Of a DNA stretch of 64,000 nt, positions 35,906 to 49,246 are shown piece after piece. Each line of letters starts with the position of its first letter. Position 1 is the first letter of the stretch. The stretch comes from Azolla caroliniana. Lineage: Eukaryota > Plantae > Polypodiophyta. The notes under the pieces are model-generated. The model had not been told where the DNA came from. It was given only the letters and a program-made list of their open reading frames with translations, and did not search any database. Where the stretch lies: positions 3,844,001 to 3,908,000 of the forward strand of contig JBHGNT010000012.1 of the NCBI GenBank assembly GCA_043228905.1. The letters run 5' to 3'. The position numbers and the translations under genes are program-made.

Positions 35906-36310
35906 ACAGTCCATGCCCCTGGAGGGTAGCCTTCGCAATTTGATTTCGAGAAAAAATGGCAGAGTCTTTCCTGTCAAAACAAGACGCCTATAAATCTAGA
36001 AAACCTTCGTCCATCCGCAGCGTGCTCATTCAAACCTCGATCCCGACAAATTCTGCCGGGGCCTGTCTGTTCTTTGTTCCTTGACAGGGAGGAGTTTTTC
36101 CTGAAATCAGAGACAGAGCTCGCAAGGATATTCCCATCTGGTTAGTAATCGCGAATTCCTCTCTCAGAGTTTATGTACGTAGATATATTTCCCGTGTTTA
36201 AACCAAAGGATTGCTTTTGGATTGTTCCATCCTTTTATTCCATAATTCAGCCACAGGATCGGATCTCTCTGCTTGTATTTGTTGATTGCGTTGGTTTGAG
36301 AAGCTGAAGG

Positions 36311-39300
36311 ATGTTAGAGAAGCTGGGATTACCACCCAAACCCGCTCTCAAAGGAAATGAATGGGTACTCGATGCATCCCATTGCCAAGGATGTACATCT
36401 GCATTCACCTTTCTCAACCGCAAGGTAGCTTTCTTTTCTCCATTCGCTTTATATCTATACCTATCACATATATACACACACACATATATATACGTACATA
36501 TATATGCACACCTAAAACAAAGATTATGCTTGTGAAGAGCCAAGAGAAAGATAAACCATGCATTATGTACAACAATGAGCCACTTGAATCTGTGAAAAGC
36601 TTCAAATATCTTGGCTGTAAAGTTCCTATACATGTACATATATACATCGACATACATATGTGTGTTTGTATATATGGTTGTGTATGCCATTTAATAAAGC
36701 TTGTATATGCATATTGGTTCAGTGGGCTACTATTTCGCAATGAGAAGATATTTCGGGCAATCAGCTCCTTGACTGTATCTGTTATTTATGTTTCGCCATG
36801 AAAATCCCTTTTTGTTTCTTATGTCTCATGATTGTGGAGGGTATATGTGTACCCTATGATTGAATGTTTTCTAGTTTGATATGTTGTAAATACACTTTGA
36901 AGAGTGTCACCTAAGTTCAAGATGTCCCACCAGTAATACAACGTATTGCCAAGTAGGCGAATGTATATCTACGTGTGTATGTAAGTAGTATACTCTGAAT
37001 CTTTTTTCCCACATGTCTTGAACATACCAAATTGTGTGTTTCTTGAATATTTTCTAGTCTGATATGTTGTAGATGCTCTTTGTAGGGTGTCATCTCACTT
37101 CAAGATGTCTCACCAGTAATACAAAACATTGCCGAAAAAGTAATGTGTGAATATGTGTGTTTGTATGTAGTATTCTATGAATCTTTCTCCTCATGTATAG
37201 TCATATTGTTGAACATACCAAATTGTGTGTTTGTTGTGTTATGTGGGCAATATGCTTGCTTCCGACATAATATATTTTTCCACATAATTTGTCATAATTG
37301 TGTTTCTTGTTGATATGATAAATGTGCTTGCTTCCAATAAGATATTTCCTCCGTAACATATACCAAGATAATATGCAAACTATGTGTTTCTTGTGTTGAT
37401 GTGGGGAATATGCTTGCTTTCTCATAGGATCTTTCTCTTGTAAGGTTTTCGGTTTTGCAAAACCTAAGGTAAAAGATATTCATTCACTCAATTTTTTATG
37501 GCCTGACAAAAACATCATCCATTAAGGATGCAAATTTTATGTGACGCTCATAAAAAATCACTCACAGAGGGTGTGGGTGTACCTTATAAAGAGGAAGAAT
37601 GAAGTGTTTAGTCATTTAAAGAAATTCAAGAGTCTATTAGAGAATGAGATTGACAGCGTATTTGGTGCACCAAATCAGACGGAGGAGTCAGTGTATCTCA
37701 GAGGAGTTTCCATATTTTCTATATAAACACAAATCCAGTAGTTTACATGTTGGTCTATGCCACTACAAAATGGCGTTGTGGGGAGAACGAATCTATATAT
37801 TGCTGAGGTGGCAAGAGCAATGATGACATAAAAAAGAATGCTACATTTATTGGGCTGATGCTGTGTCAACAACTCACAAGGTGAGTTCAATTCCATTTTT
37901 CAGCCAGCTGGTTGCATTGAAATTCATCATTGATGATGAGTTTAAGGCCACGTTTTTACTTTGCACCTTGCCAGAAAATTGGGATACTTTTAGGACTGCT
38001 ATGAGCAATTCAAATGCGATGCTTCTTTATGCCGATGTAGAGAGTTCTCTACTCATGGAAGAGATAAATCGACAAAACAATGCATCCAATAAGTCCTCTA
38101 GTGTGTTGCATGTGAGGGGTAGGTCACAACAGAGAGGCAAATCTGATAGTTAGGGCCGTAGTAAATCACGTGGTAAAGGTGTAGAATGCCATCACTATGG
38201 CAATAAGGGCCACTTTAAACATGATTGTTTCAAATGGAAGAAAGAGAAAGGAAAGGGCAAGAAGATAGATGATTTCATAGAAGAAAAGAGAGACATTCAA
38301 CCGAGGAAAGGCAATACTAAAATTGAAGAGGTGAATGTAGTCACTCATGATAGTGATAGCGGAAATGATGTACTCTTTGTTTCATCATGCCATAGAGAAC
38401 ATGCTTTACTTGCAGATACGGATGGTGACATGCACACTTGGATACTTGATTCCGGTGCTTCTTTTCACGTCACCCCTCATCGTGAGTGGTTTTCAGATTA
38501 CACAGGGGGTCGACATGGTGTTGTCCATCTTGGGGACAACTATGCATGTGAAATTGTAGGTATTGGCACTGTGCAATTACAGTTTCAGCATGGTTCTGCT
38601 TTCACACTTCAGCATGTACGGCATGTACTGTAGCTCAAGAAGAGCTTGATTAGCACAAGACAGCTAGATGATGATGGATTTCACACAACCTTTGGTGATG
38701 GGAAATGGAAGATTTGTAAGGGATCTAGAGTTATTGCCAAGGGTAGTAAAAGTGATACTTTGTATCCTCTCCATGTATCTAGTGTTAGTGACCATGTTGT
38801 TACCATAACCGAGCAGCCTAGTGTTTCTTTGTGGCATGGCCGGTTGGGACACATGAGTGAAACTGCTATGAAAGTATTGTCTCGTTTGGGTTACTTGCCA
38901 TGTCTTCATTATGCTGATTTTGAACATTATGATCATTGCATTTATGGTAAACATGTACAAACATCTCATAAAAAGTCTCTTTTGCTGAAGTCGGCCCCAC
39001 TTGAGTTAGTACATTCAGATGTATGTCAGATGCCAGGGCTATCATTAGGGGGAAAGAAATAATTAGTTACTTTTGTCAATGATGCTACGCGGAAGTTATG
39101 AGTTTACCGTATCTGTGGCAAGGATGAAGTGCTCGACAAGTTTCGAACATTTTTGGCATTAGTTGAGAATCAAATTGATAAGACACTTAAGTGTCTTTGC
39201 TCTGACAATGGTGGGGAATATGTGTCCAAGGCCTTTCAAGCATTTTGTGACAGCAAAGGGATAAAGAGGGAACTCACTGCCCCTTATAATCCACCCCAAA

Positions 39301-42300
39301 ATGGAGTTGCAGAGCATATGAATCGGACTATTCAAGATAAGGTTCGTACTATGCTGTCTCATGCTGCGTTACCCCATGGTTTTTGGGCAGAGGCTGTTAT
39401 GACAGCTGTTCGCTTGATTAATCGTTCACCTAACAGGTCTTTGGGAGGGGGAATACCCCAGGAAGTGTGGTCGGGCAAGCCACCTTCATATGCTCACTTG
39501 AGAGTATTTGGCTGTGAGGCTTTTGTGCACAGTCGTAAAGAAGAACGCAACAAACTTGAGCCAAAGTCCTGCAAATGTATTTTCCTAGGATACGGTGACG
39601 AGGGTGAAATGGGGTATAGATTGTGGGATCCCGAGAAAAGAAAAATAGTACGCAGCAATGATGTTATCTTCCGGGATAATCGCATGCATAAACAACCCGA
39701 AAAGACCAAGGAAGTATGGAGGGTTGTATTCCGAGAAGAAATACTTTTTAGACAGAAAAATGTGCCTGCTGTACAGCAGCAAACACCTGCTGTAAACTTA
39801 CCTGCAAATGCAGAAGAGGCTGGAAATGATCAGCCAGCCTTTGCCAATAATGATGAGCCACCAAATGTGCAGGAACAGCTAGAACAGCAAGCTGTTAATG
39901 CTGATTTGCAGGCTGAAATGCCTGGACAGCAAGTTAAAAATGATGATTTGCAGGCTCAACAGCTACCAAACAATGAGCATTGGGTTAGGAGATCGTCTAG
40001 ATTTACTAGACAGCCTGGCAGATTTGTTCCTGATGCAAACAATGTGGCTGATTATGTCATGGTAACTGATTGTGGCGAACCGACTTGCTTCAAGGAAGCA
40101 ATGGACAGACATGACAATAAGAAATGGTATAAAGCCATGTTGTCAGATGGAATCTCTTGAGAAAAATGACACTTGGGATTTGGTGCAATTGCCTAAAGGG
40201 TAGAAAACACTTCCATGCAAATGGGTTTATAAAATGAAGGTCATTTCTGATTCCTCGCCAAAGTACAAAACAAGATTGGTTGCAAAAGGATACAAGCAAG
40301 AATATGGAGTTGATTTTGATGAGATTTTCTCGCATGTAGTCAAGATGACTACATTAAGAATCATTTTGGGCTTAGTTGCAGCTGAAGATATGGAGCTCAT
40401 ACAGATGGATGTGAAGACCGCCTTTTTACATGGCGATCTGCATGAAGACATATATATGCAGCAGCCTGAAGGTTTTGTGGCTAAAGGCAAAGAGAAGATG
40501 ATTTGTAAGTTCAAAAGGAGTTTGTATGGGTTGAAACAAGCACCAAGAGAATGGTATCATAAAATTGATGCATTTATGCAGTCTCAAGGTTTTCGTAGAA
40601 GTCAAGTGGACCATTGCTTGTACACCAAGAAGGCAGGAGATGGCAGCCTGATTATCTTGGTTTTGTATGTTGATATGTTGATTGCTGGCCAGGATGTTCA
40701 TGCCTTGAATTCATTGAAGCAAAGCCTTCATGGCAGTTTTGATATGAAGGATCTTGGTGATGCAAATCACATCCTTGGCATGCGAATACTCCGAAACCAG
40801 TCGAAAGGGGTACTCTTTCTATCTCAGCAGGAGTATATCTCCAAGGTTTTACAGCGTTGCAATATGGAGGGGGGAAAAACGATTGGGGTTCCATTGCCTC
40901 CATATTTGAAACTCAGTGCAGAAGACAACCCTACATCTGATGATGAGAAGGCTGAAATGGCTAAGGTTCCATATGCTTCAGCCGTTGGCAGTTTGATATA
41001 TGCGATGGTTGCTACACGCCCTGATATTGCCTTTGCTGTGGGAGTGGTTAGTAGGTACATGGCAAATCCCGGCAAAAAGCATTGGGAAGCGGTGAAAGGT
41101 ATTATGAGATACCTCAAAGGCACAAAGGACTTGGCCATTTGCTTTGGAAAGCAAAAGGCATTTGTTGTTGGTTTTACGGATGCGGACTATGCTGGTCACG
41201 CAGACTGCAGGAAGTCTACTTCTGGGTATGTGTTTACTTTCACAGGAGGAGCGGTTTCTTGGATCTCCAGAGTACAGAAGTGTGTTGCATTGTCTACTAT
41301 AGAGGCAGAGTATGTTTCTGCCGCCGAGGCATGCAAAGAGGCTTTATGGCTTTCATATCTAGTGAGAGATCTTGGCATTACAAAGTTACCTATTCTTCAT
41401 TGTGACAGCCAGAGTGCTATCATGCTAGCTCGGAATCCCGTCTTTCATGCAAAGACGAAGCACATAGAGGTGAAGTATCGCTTCATCAGAGATGTACTTG
41501 ACAGCAAGAACATTGAGCTTGTCAAAGTACATACAAATAATAATCCTGCAGATCTTCTCACGAAGGGTCTTCCAGCTGAGCGATTTGCTCATTGCCGACA
41601 GATGATGGGAGTTGGATAGATGTATGTAGTTCAGCTTTGTATGTACATACTTGGACTTAGCTGACTTTCTTTTTTTCTTCCTTCTCACGGCACATTGCCT
41701 TTAGGTAGGAGGTTGTTGGGAATAAAGGGCCATCGTGCCTTTTATTAGTGCATGAGTGTGAACACACTCGTAGCACACTTTTGACTTGTATATACATAAT
41801 ATCTAAAAACCAAAAAAGAGGTACTCTCTTTGTACTCCAGACAGCGTGCATCTCTCTCTCTCTCTCTTCCTTTGTCTCTCAGTCAGACTCTCTCCCTCTC
41901 TATTTTTGACCTAAACCATAATCCTCGTGCTGCCTTCAAGTTCCTTTGTCTCACCTTCCCAGTCTCATCTTGATTGGCAATTCTCTCTCTCTCTAATCTC
42001 ATCAGTAGCATGGTTCTGTTATGTTTTGTATCTCTTTATCCAATGCAGAGAGTGAGAGCTTTACTTAACTTTTTTCAGTTGGATATACTTATATACTCTA
42101 GGTCATAGTTTCTTGTGCCATTTGTGTATGGCATATTACAGCTTGGGTGCTTAATGTTTTGTCACTTCAATTGAAAACTTACATTTTCCACTTCCTTTAT
42201 TTGTTTACCTATTTTAAAGGTACATTATGGGAGTTTTTTGTCTAACCTTATTGCTAATAGATCTCAAATTTTCTGCTATTAAGAAAGTTGTTGTGTCATT

Positions 42301-45300
42301 GTCTCCAAAATGCAGTTCACTTAGAGTCTAGAATTTATTGCATTGCAGTGATATTCGGTAGTGTAGCATAATTGTTGAAACAGAGAGAGAGAGAGGGAGG
42401 GAGGTCTACAACTCATGATAATGTTAACAGTGGACCTATGTTGGGTGTAGCATCATTGTCGTAGATGTGGAGGTATCTTTTGTGGAACTTGTACACAGCA
42501 AAAGATATATTTACGAGGGCAAGGTGAAGGGCAGGTACGGGTTTGTGATCCATGTAAGAAATTGGAGGATGCTGCAAGATTTGAGTTGCGTCATGGGCCT
42601 AAAAACAAAGCTATTAAAGGTAGGTTGTTTTCTTTGATGTACGCTGAATTGGAACTGTTATCTTGATTTCTTCAAAATCATGGTATCCTGCTTCTCATAC
42701 ATGCTTCTCAGAGTATTTGGGTATCATAAAGGTGCATGTGTATGTAGTATGCACAAGTAATGTGTGCATGTGAATATTTGTATGTAGACAGCAATGCTGG
42801 AATTCACTTGCAGAAAATCAATCATTGTCTTTATGCTGTGTGCTGCATGCAACACTAAGGGTCACCTACTTTGCTGCTCAACAAAGGAACCAGTTCCCTG
42901 TATTGCCATTCTTATGGTTGAGATTTTATTTTTCTCATCAGTTCATAGGGTTTCTGATGGTTACATCTATTTCAAACTCTTGGAATCTGAAACAACGCAA
43001 AATAAGTGGTTTCACTTGAAGGCACCGATTCTTAGTTTTTGCTAGCTTGCGTCTATAATCCAATGCTGTTGATATGATTCTGACATTGACTGGATTTCCT
43101 TTTCTAAGCCTTTTTTGCAAGATTGTTATGATTTAGCCAGCTCAAAGAATTCTTGTCAGTGACAATACTGGGAAAGCAAGCATAAAGATTCATAGCATAT
43201 ACATAATCAATCTTTTGAGCTTGTAGTTCTGATATTCAGATTTTAGGTTCCATAACTTAATATGACCTTTCCAGCTGGTTGAGATGGACTGGTTTTTGGT
43301 GCACTGATCTATGAATTGAGAAAAATGGAATCACTTGGGTTAAACTATCTAGAAGAAGTATTCAGAATTAGGATGTCCTTGAGTGAAGAAATAGACCGTT
43401 AGCAGTTTTTCCACGGCTATATATTGAAGTACTTAAAACAACTTTCTATTTAATAAACTAACCTTTCAAGTCATGTACCTAAGTGTGAAGCTACTGTTTC
43501 TGTGGCTTATAGCTACCACAGGAAACCTTATTTAGCAATTGATATACATATATGATATCTTCTTTTACTTCAGTTTATTGTATACTCTCTCAATGAATAA
43601 ATTATAAAACCATTCTTCCTATTTCACGGAACATGAGTGAAGTACTGTGGTTTTCATCTCCAAATGGTAGAATAGGATTTTCTTTTGTAATTTTGCATTA
43701 CATTGTATCTCATTCCTGCAATACTATAGGTGGAAATTCAAAAGCACATCAGGACATAGAAACTGATATACATATATGATATCATTTTTTACTTCAGTTT
43801 ATTGTATACTCTCTCAATGGATAAATTATAAAACCATTCTTCCTATTTCACGGAGCATGAGTGAAGTACTGTGGTTTTCATCTCCAAATGGTAGAATATG
43901 AATTTCTTTTGTAATTTTGCATTACATTGTATCTCATTCCTGCAATACTATAGGTGGAAATTCAAAAGCACATCAGGACATGGAAACTGATATACTGATA
44001 TCCTTTTTTACTTCAGTTTATTGTATACTCTCTCAATGGATAAATCCTAAAACTATTCTTCCTATTTCACGGAGCATGAGTGAAGTACTGTGGTTTTCAT
44101 CTCCAAATGGTGGAATATTCTTTTGTAATTTTGCATTACATTGTATCTCATTCCTGCAATACTATAGGTGGAAATTCAAAAGCACATCAGGACATGGAAA
44201 CTGATTCGTTGTTGAAAGAACTACTTGATCATGACACAATCACAGAATATCCTGCAAAAGCAGATCCAATGAAGGGCGTTGATGAAGTGATTGGGTCAAG
44301 GAAAATTCCGCCTACATCAATGGGGCACTTAGCGGCAGGGATGGGTGATGCAAATGATGATACCAGTCAGAGCTCCTCAGTGACTCCTGACTCACTTCTT
44401 TTACAAGCACAGGAACAAAAGAAACAATGGCTTGCTTTAAAAAAGGAGGGCAAGGGTGATGCAGCCTTGCAAGCTTTCAAACGTGCAAAGGAGCTGGAGC
44501 GACAAGCAGAGAGTCTTAAATTAGAAATGAGACGAAATATGAGAAAACCAACCAACCCCATTGCCAGGAAAGAAAAGCGGGAGGATGCTGGAATGGACCA
44601 ACAATCTAAAATGGTTGATGTGACATCAAAAACAAAGTCTGCATCCAGAAAGAAAACTGAAGACAAGGATGATATAACCAGTGCTCTGAAAGAAATCGGA
44701 TGGAATGATGATGATCTAAATGGAGGAATCGGTAAAAACACTTCAAAGACTGTAGAGAGTGAGTTGGCAGAGCTAGAATCATCAATACACCACAGTGAAG
44801 GGAAGAATAACCGTCCTAAACCAACAACATCAATGGAAGTGCTTGCACATAAGAGGAGGGCACTTGCTTTGAAGAGGGAAGGTAATTTGGCTGAAGCGAA
44901 AGAGGAGCTAAAGAAAGCAAAGCTTATGGAAAGACAATTAGAAGAACAAGAGATATTTGGCACTGAAGGGGATGAATCTGATGATGAGCTATCTGCTCTA
45001 ATGCGTGGCCTGGACAAAGATGCAAGTATGGATATAGTTGGTATTGCAGATTTGGATTTGTCTACTATTAGCAATATTGGTGACTTTGATTATCATGATG
45101 ATGGAGAGGGGATGGAAGTGACAGATATGGACATAAATGATCCAGAAATGTTGGCTGCTTTAAGGTCAATAGGCTGGGAAGAAGATGCTTTTACAATAGG
45201 AAAGGGCAATGCCAAAGTTTCTGGGAAAGAAGCTGGCCGCAGTTTAGATTTTTTGGATATGGAACAAAGTTTTGATGAAGTAGAAGCCACTGATGACGAC

Positions 45301-47297
45301 TTGAAGAACCCCCATTTTCTTGAAGCTCTAAAATCCATGGGGCTTGAAGATGATGAACCCTCTAAGACTATGGATTCTGTTATAGCCTCAATCGGGAAAC
45401 AATCTGACAAAGAGAGCTTGCAACAGGAAATATCCTTTTTGAAGAAAGAAGCGCTTGCACTAAAGCGGGCAGGAAAGCTTCAGGAAGCTAAAGAGGAACT
45501 CCGACATGCAAAGCAATTGGAGAAGGCTCTCAAAGATTCTTTGTCAGGCCATACCGAAGAAGACGTTATGGCAGCATTTTCTGTAATCCAAGAGAGGCAT
45601 GGAAATGAGGTAGAAATTGGGTTTCCAGGGAGTTTCCATATTCATGAGGATTCCTACGTCGATAATGTTGTTGTAACTGAAGAGGACATGGGAGACCCAG
45701 ACCTTGCAAAGACACTAAAATCTTTAGGTTGGCAAGATGATGAGGTAGAAATGCCTGTTTTTGAAGAGAATGAAATTGAACCAACTGAGGAGGTATTTTA
45801 TACGACGCATAGGTCAAAGACAAGACCTCAGTTGCAGAAAGAGTTATTGGGTATTAAGCGGGCTGCTCTGAAATTGAGGCGGGAAGGTAAAATAGAGGAG
45901 GCTGAGGAGGAACTGAAGAAAGCTCAGGTTATTGAGAGGCTTATGGAAGAGTCATTGGCTGTTCCGAAACGTGTCAATGAGCAAAAGGTAAATGTTGTCG
46001 AGGAGAATGCCAAGGTATCAGAAAAGGAAAATAATAAGATACCACAAGATGCTGGTTCAGATCAAGGAATGGTTACTTTGTCAGACTTTGGGAGCGTTGA
46101 ATTAGGAAAACAATTATGTGAGCTCACTCACTCACTCTCTCTGTGCATTCTTGATATAAATTTTCGTGCAATTTACTGACATAATTTTCGTTATGTAATT
46201 TTGTGCTGTATTTTCATCAAAATAATCACAATGGAAACTTTTGTGCTGGTGATGCAGCAAGTGAGTATGATGACAAAATGCATGGAGATGTTGGAGTCAC
46301 CAAAAGGGAAACGAGTCGGGATTCTGAACCCCATAATTCAGTGTCCTTGAGATGGATGTCAAACAATCCAGATGACACTCACAAGGATATTGTACATGAA
46401 GGAATTCCAGCAATTGGCCTTAATGGAGCTTTTGATTCTAGTGAAATGAGACAGGGGAAAGGAGAAAGTGTTCAAGATAATGTAATGTCTGTACAAAGTA
46501 GTGGCTCTGTGGGTCCTAATCTGCAGCAGGAGATTCTGGCATTGAAGAGGAAGGCCTTGATTTTCAAACGAGAAGGCAAGCTTGCTGAAGCTAAAGAACA
46601 ACTTCGTGAGGCAAAATTGCTTCAGAAGAAACTTGATCTTGAACAGTCGTGTTTGGATAATCCAGTTATTGAAGTTGAAAGACCAGAACCAACACCATCG
46701 GAGCCTTCACCAGAAAAAGCTTCATTAATACGAGGTCATATGGAAACAAGTTCAGTTCGATCATCACATGGGAATGCTGAGAAGCATGTGATTGCTAAGG
46801 ATAAGAGGAAGCTACAACAAGAGTCTCTGGCCCATAAGAGGAAGGCTCTGGCTTTACGCAGGGAAGGGAATATAGAAGCCGCTGATGCAGAATTTGAGCT
46901 AGCAAAATCTATTGAGAAGCAGATGGAAGAGCTGGAAAGCAATGGAGAAACATCACATGGTTTGATGCCAAATCCATCACTTTCCGGTGATATCAATGAC
47001 ATTGATGACATCTTTGATCCTCACCTTCTCGCAGCATTGAAAGGGTTAGGATTTAATGGCTCTGATATGATGATGCTTGATGTGGCGCCAAGAGTGGAAC
47101 AAGAGGTCAAAGAGAAGAAATCGAATATAATACCTATGAGGAATCCAGTTGACAAAAATGTTGAGAGAGAACAACTTGAAAGAAAGATAAAGGCAGAAAA
47201 GCTTCGTGCAGTGCACCTTAAACGCGAGGGACGGCAATCTGAAGCTTTAGATGCGCTTAGAGCAGCTAAACAGCTAGAGAAGAAACTCCAATTATGA
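36311..47297 (+). CDS. FYVE4: FYVE4-like FYVE-domain protein with DM14-like helical repeats (ESCRT-III associated); exons 36311-36424, 42451-42619, 44168-46117, 46258-47297
   Basis: MLEKLGLPPKPALKGNEWVLDASHCQGC..FTFLNRK|HHCRRCGGIFCGTC..LRGQG..VRVCDPCKKLEDAARFELRHG matches the Arabidopsis AT1G61690 N-terminus as I recall it. Seven KxxALxLKREGxxxEAxxxLxxAKxLE-type repeats follow. All junction phases are consistent (0, 1, 1). Confidence 0.9.
36512..36627 (+). mobile_element. Small LINE reverse-transcriptase fragment in FYVE4 intron 1
   Basis: KTKIMLV...IMYNNEPLESVKSFKYLG is the C-terminal RT motif of RTE-like elements. Confidence 0.6.
36868..37232. repeat. Diverged tandem duplication, 2 x ~185 bp
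   Basis: TTTCTAGT.TGATATGTTGTA, TTCAAGATGTC.CACCAGTAATACAA and GAACATACCAAATTGTGTGTTT each occur twice. Confidence 0.85.
37500..37865 (+). mobile_element. Older Ty1/Copia integrase remnant
   Basis: Degenerate GCKFYVTLI..HSQRVWVYLIKRKNEVFSH.KKFK, PLQNGVV and IAEVARAMM. Confidence 0.7.
37866..42004 (+). mobile_element. Decayed Ty1/Copia LTR retrotransposon in FYVE4 intron 1; 5' LTR absent, probable 3' LTR 41714-~42004
   Basis: Gag LLCTLPENWDTF and CxxCxxxGH remnant; protease WILDSGASFH; integrase LWHGRLGH, SDNGGEY, PQNGVAE; RT QMDVKTAFLHG, LYGLKQAPR; RNase H DADYAG, KHIEV, NPADLLTK. A purine-rich AGGTAGGAGG precedes TGTTGGG at 41714. Several stops and frameshifts. Confidence 0.92.
43535..44205. 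repeat. Three tandem ~214-224-bp copies spanning the FYVE4 exon 3 acceptor
   Basis: CATTCCTGCAATACTATAG|GTGGAAATTCAAAAGCACATCAGGACAT has its AG ending at 43729, 43953 and 44167. Confidence 0.95.
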
Positions 47298-49071
47298 TTG
47301 TAAGTCGAAATTCTTGGTTGGTTAGGTTGTCTATATAATTGTGAGCTAAGCTGGAAAATAAAGCTCCACTGACAATTTGCATAAAGAAAGCAAGCGAGCA
47401 AATTCATGTAAAATCAAGTAAATATTTGTGCAAAACCACACTTTCGTATCTCTTCCCTTTCCTCTTTTGCTATTGATAGCCAAATGCTTTTGCTTAAATT
47501 CATGATATATTTTTATTATTAGTGGAGAGAACCTCTTACCCTTTTCTTTGGACAGTATTCATGCATATATGATGCTTGAAATGGCAGTATTTTAAAGGTC
47601 ATATGTTAGACTATCAAAAGTCTTTATCACACGAAAACATTTTGTAACAATTAATCGCTTATTCATTTGATGTGATACGAAAAGTAGTAATTAATGATCT
47701 TAGTGGCATACAGTGTGGTATATTTTGTAAAAGTAGAAGATTCTTCCATTATTGTTGTTCTTTTTATTTTACATTTGATCTCAGTTTGTTGCAGAATACT
47801 ATTTTTTCTTGGAATGTTGTTTTCACCACTCTTTTCTGGTTATGACTCAGATCAAATTAAGTGGGAAACACCAAAACTCGTCGATCAGAAAACTGTCTGT
47901 GGTATTTTCCATCTCTTGTTTAAGCTACTTATAGGAGCCAGACTATTATTATGCATTTTCTCAAGTTGCAAAATTACCAAGAGTTTCCGCAATAAAACAA
48001 TAAAATCAAATCAACTTCAATGGTTTTGAATCCACATCGTTAATGTTTCAAATTAGTCTATACCACCATGCTTATAACAAATCAAATAACACGGAATGGA
48101 GCCTTGCTAAGTGTTTGAAACTGTTGATGGACCACGATTGTGGGGACATGTGGATGTAATTACCATATTTTTGTATTGTGCAATCTTTGTCTACAACGTG
48201 GACACAAATCTATAAGATAATATATATGTTGCACATTACTTGGGATATTATCATATCTTATGAGGGTTTTTCTTTTATGAGTCGATGATATTGTTTATTG
48301 GTGATTAATCTAAGGAATGGGAAATTGGTGATATGAAAATAGCTAGATTAGTCTTTTACTTATAAATAATAAACTAAATTTTCTTGTTTTAAAAAATCCC
48401 ACATATACATATAGTTGGTTAAAGTTAGGTTCCATTCACAACACAATTTAGATCATTGACATGGTTAAATGTTTTTTATGTGATAGTTATGAATATTAAC
48501 TACAGACAATAGGAAAATGAGTTTTGCTAGCGACAAAGTATTTTTTATTAATAATTCCAACCTAATTCACAAGGGAGCTCAACCCAATTGATCAAATTTG
48601 AAGCGTAATTTGTTAATTAGGGGCACAAATGATAAGATCAATGGACAAGGTTTTTAAAGCAATTAGGAATGGATTGTTTAGTAGCTCCATGCACTAACTA
48701 TATTGTTCACTACAGTCGTTAGTAACGATCGTGCAATAAACTTAATAGATAGGGTTAGAACTTCAAATGTTATTTGTATGTAAACTTGGTAGTATGTCTT
48801 ATGTGCTCAACTTAGCATATAGACATGAATGATACTTCACGATAAGTTGGTGTGTGTATATTCTATTTGTATCTCTTGCACTAAAAGGGATTGTAGTTTG
48901 GTCTTCTACGTGGATGTTACAAAAATTGTTCTCTCATATAGTGAAAAATTTAGAGAATCTTAAAGGGCAAAAGTTTTGCAATTTGAAATAGGCTAAAGCA
49001 TATGCTTCAAATTGAATATGATAGAATAACATCATCTATTTTAATGTGAGAAGGGCCTACTACTTAGAAAG

Positions 49072-49246
49072 GAGAACAAGTTAATCTATGTGTTGTAAAT
49101 TGAGGGGAAACACATACTTGACTCTCCAAAAGAAACTAAGACACGTATTCAATGCACTAAAAGAGAACAAGCCAATCTACGTGTTGTAAATTGAGGGGAA
49201 ACACACACTTGCCTCTTCAAAAGAAGCCAAGACACGTATTCAATGA
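49072..49246. repeat. Tandem duplication, 2 x ~91 bp
   Basis: GAGAACAAG..AATCTA.GTGTTGTAAATTGAGGGGAAACACA...AAGACACGTATTCAATG occurs twice. Confidence 0.9.

Noticed and set aside
44367-45410. Long antisense ORFs over FYVE4, and similar ones over SPS, L1 and Copia
   Set aside because: They are shadows of the coding strand with no independent motifs.
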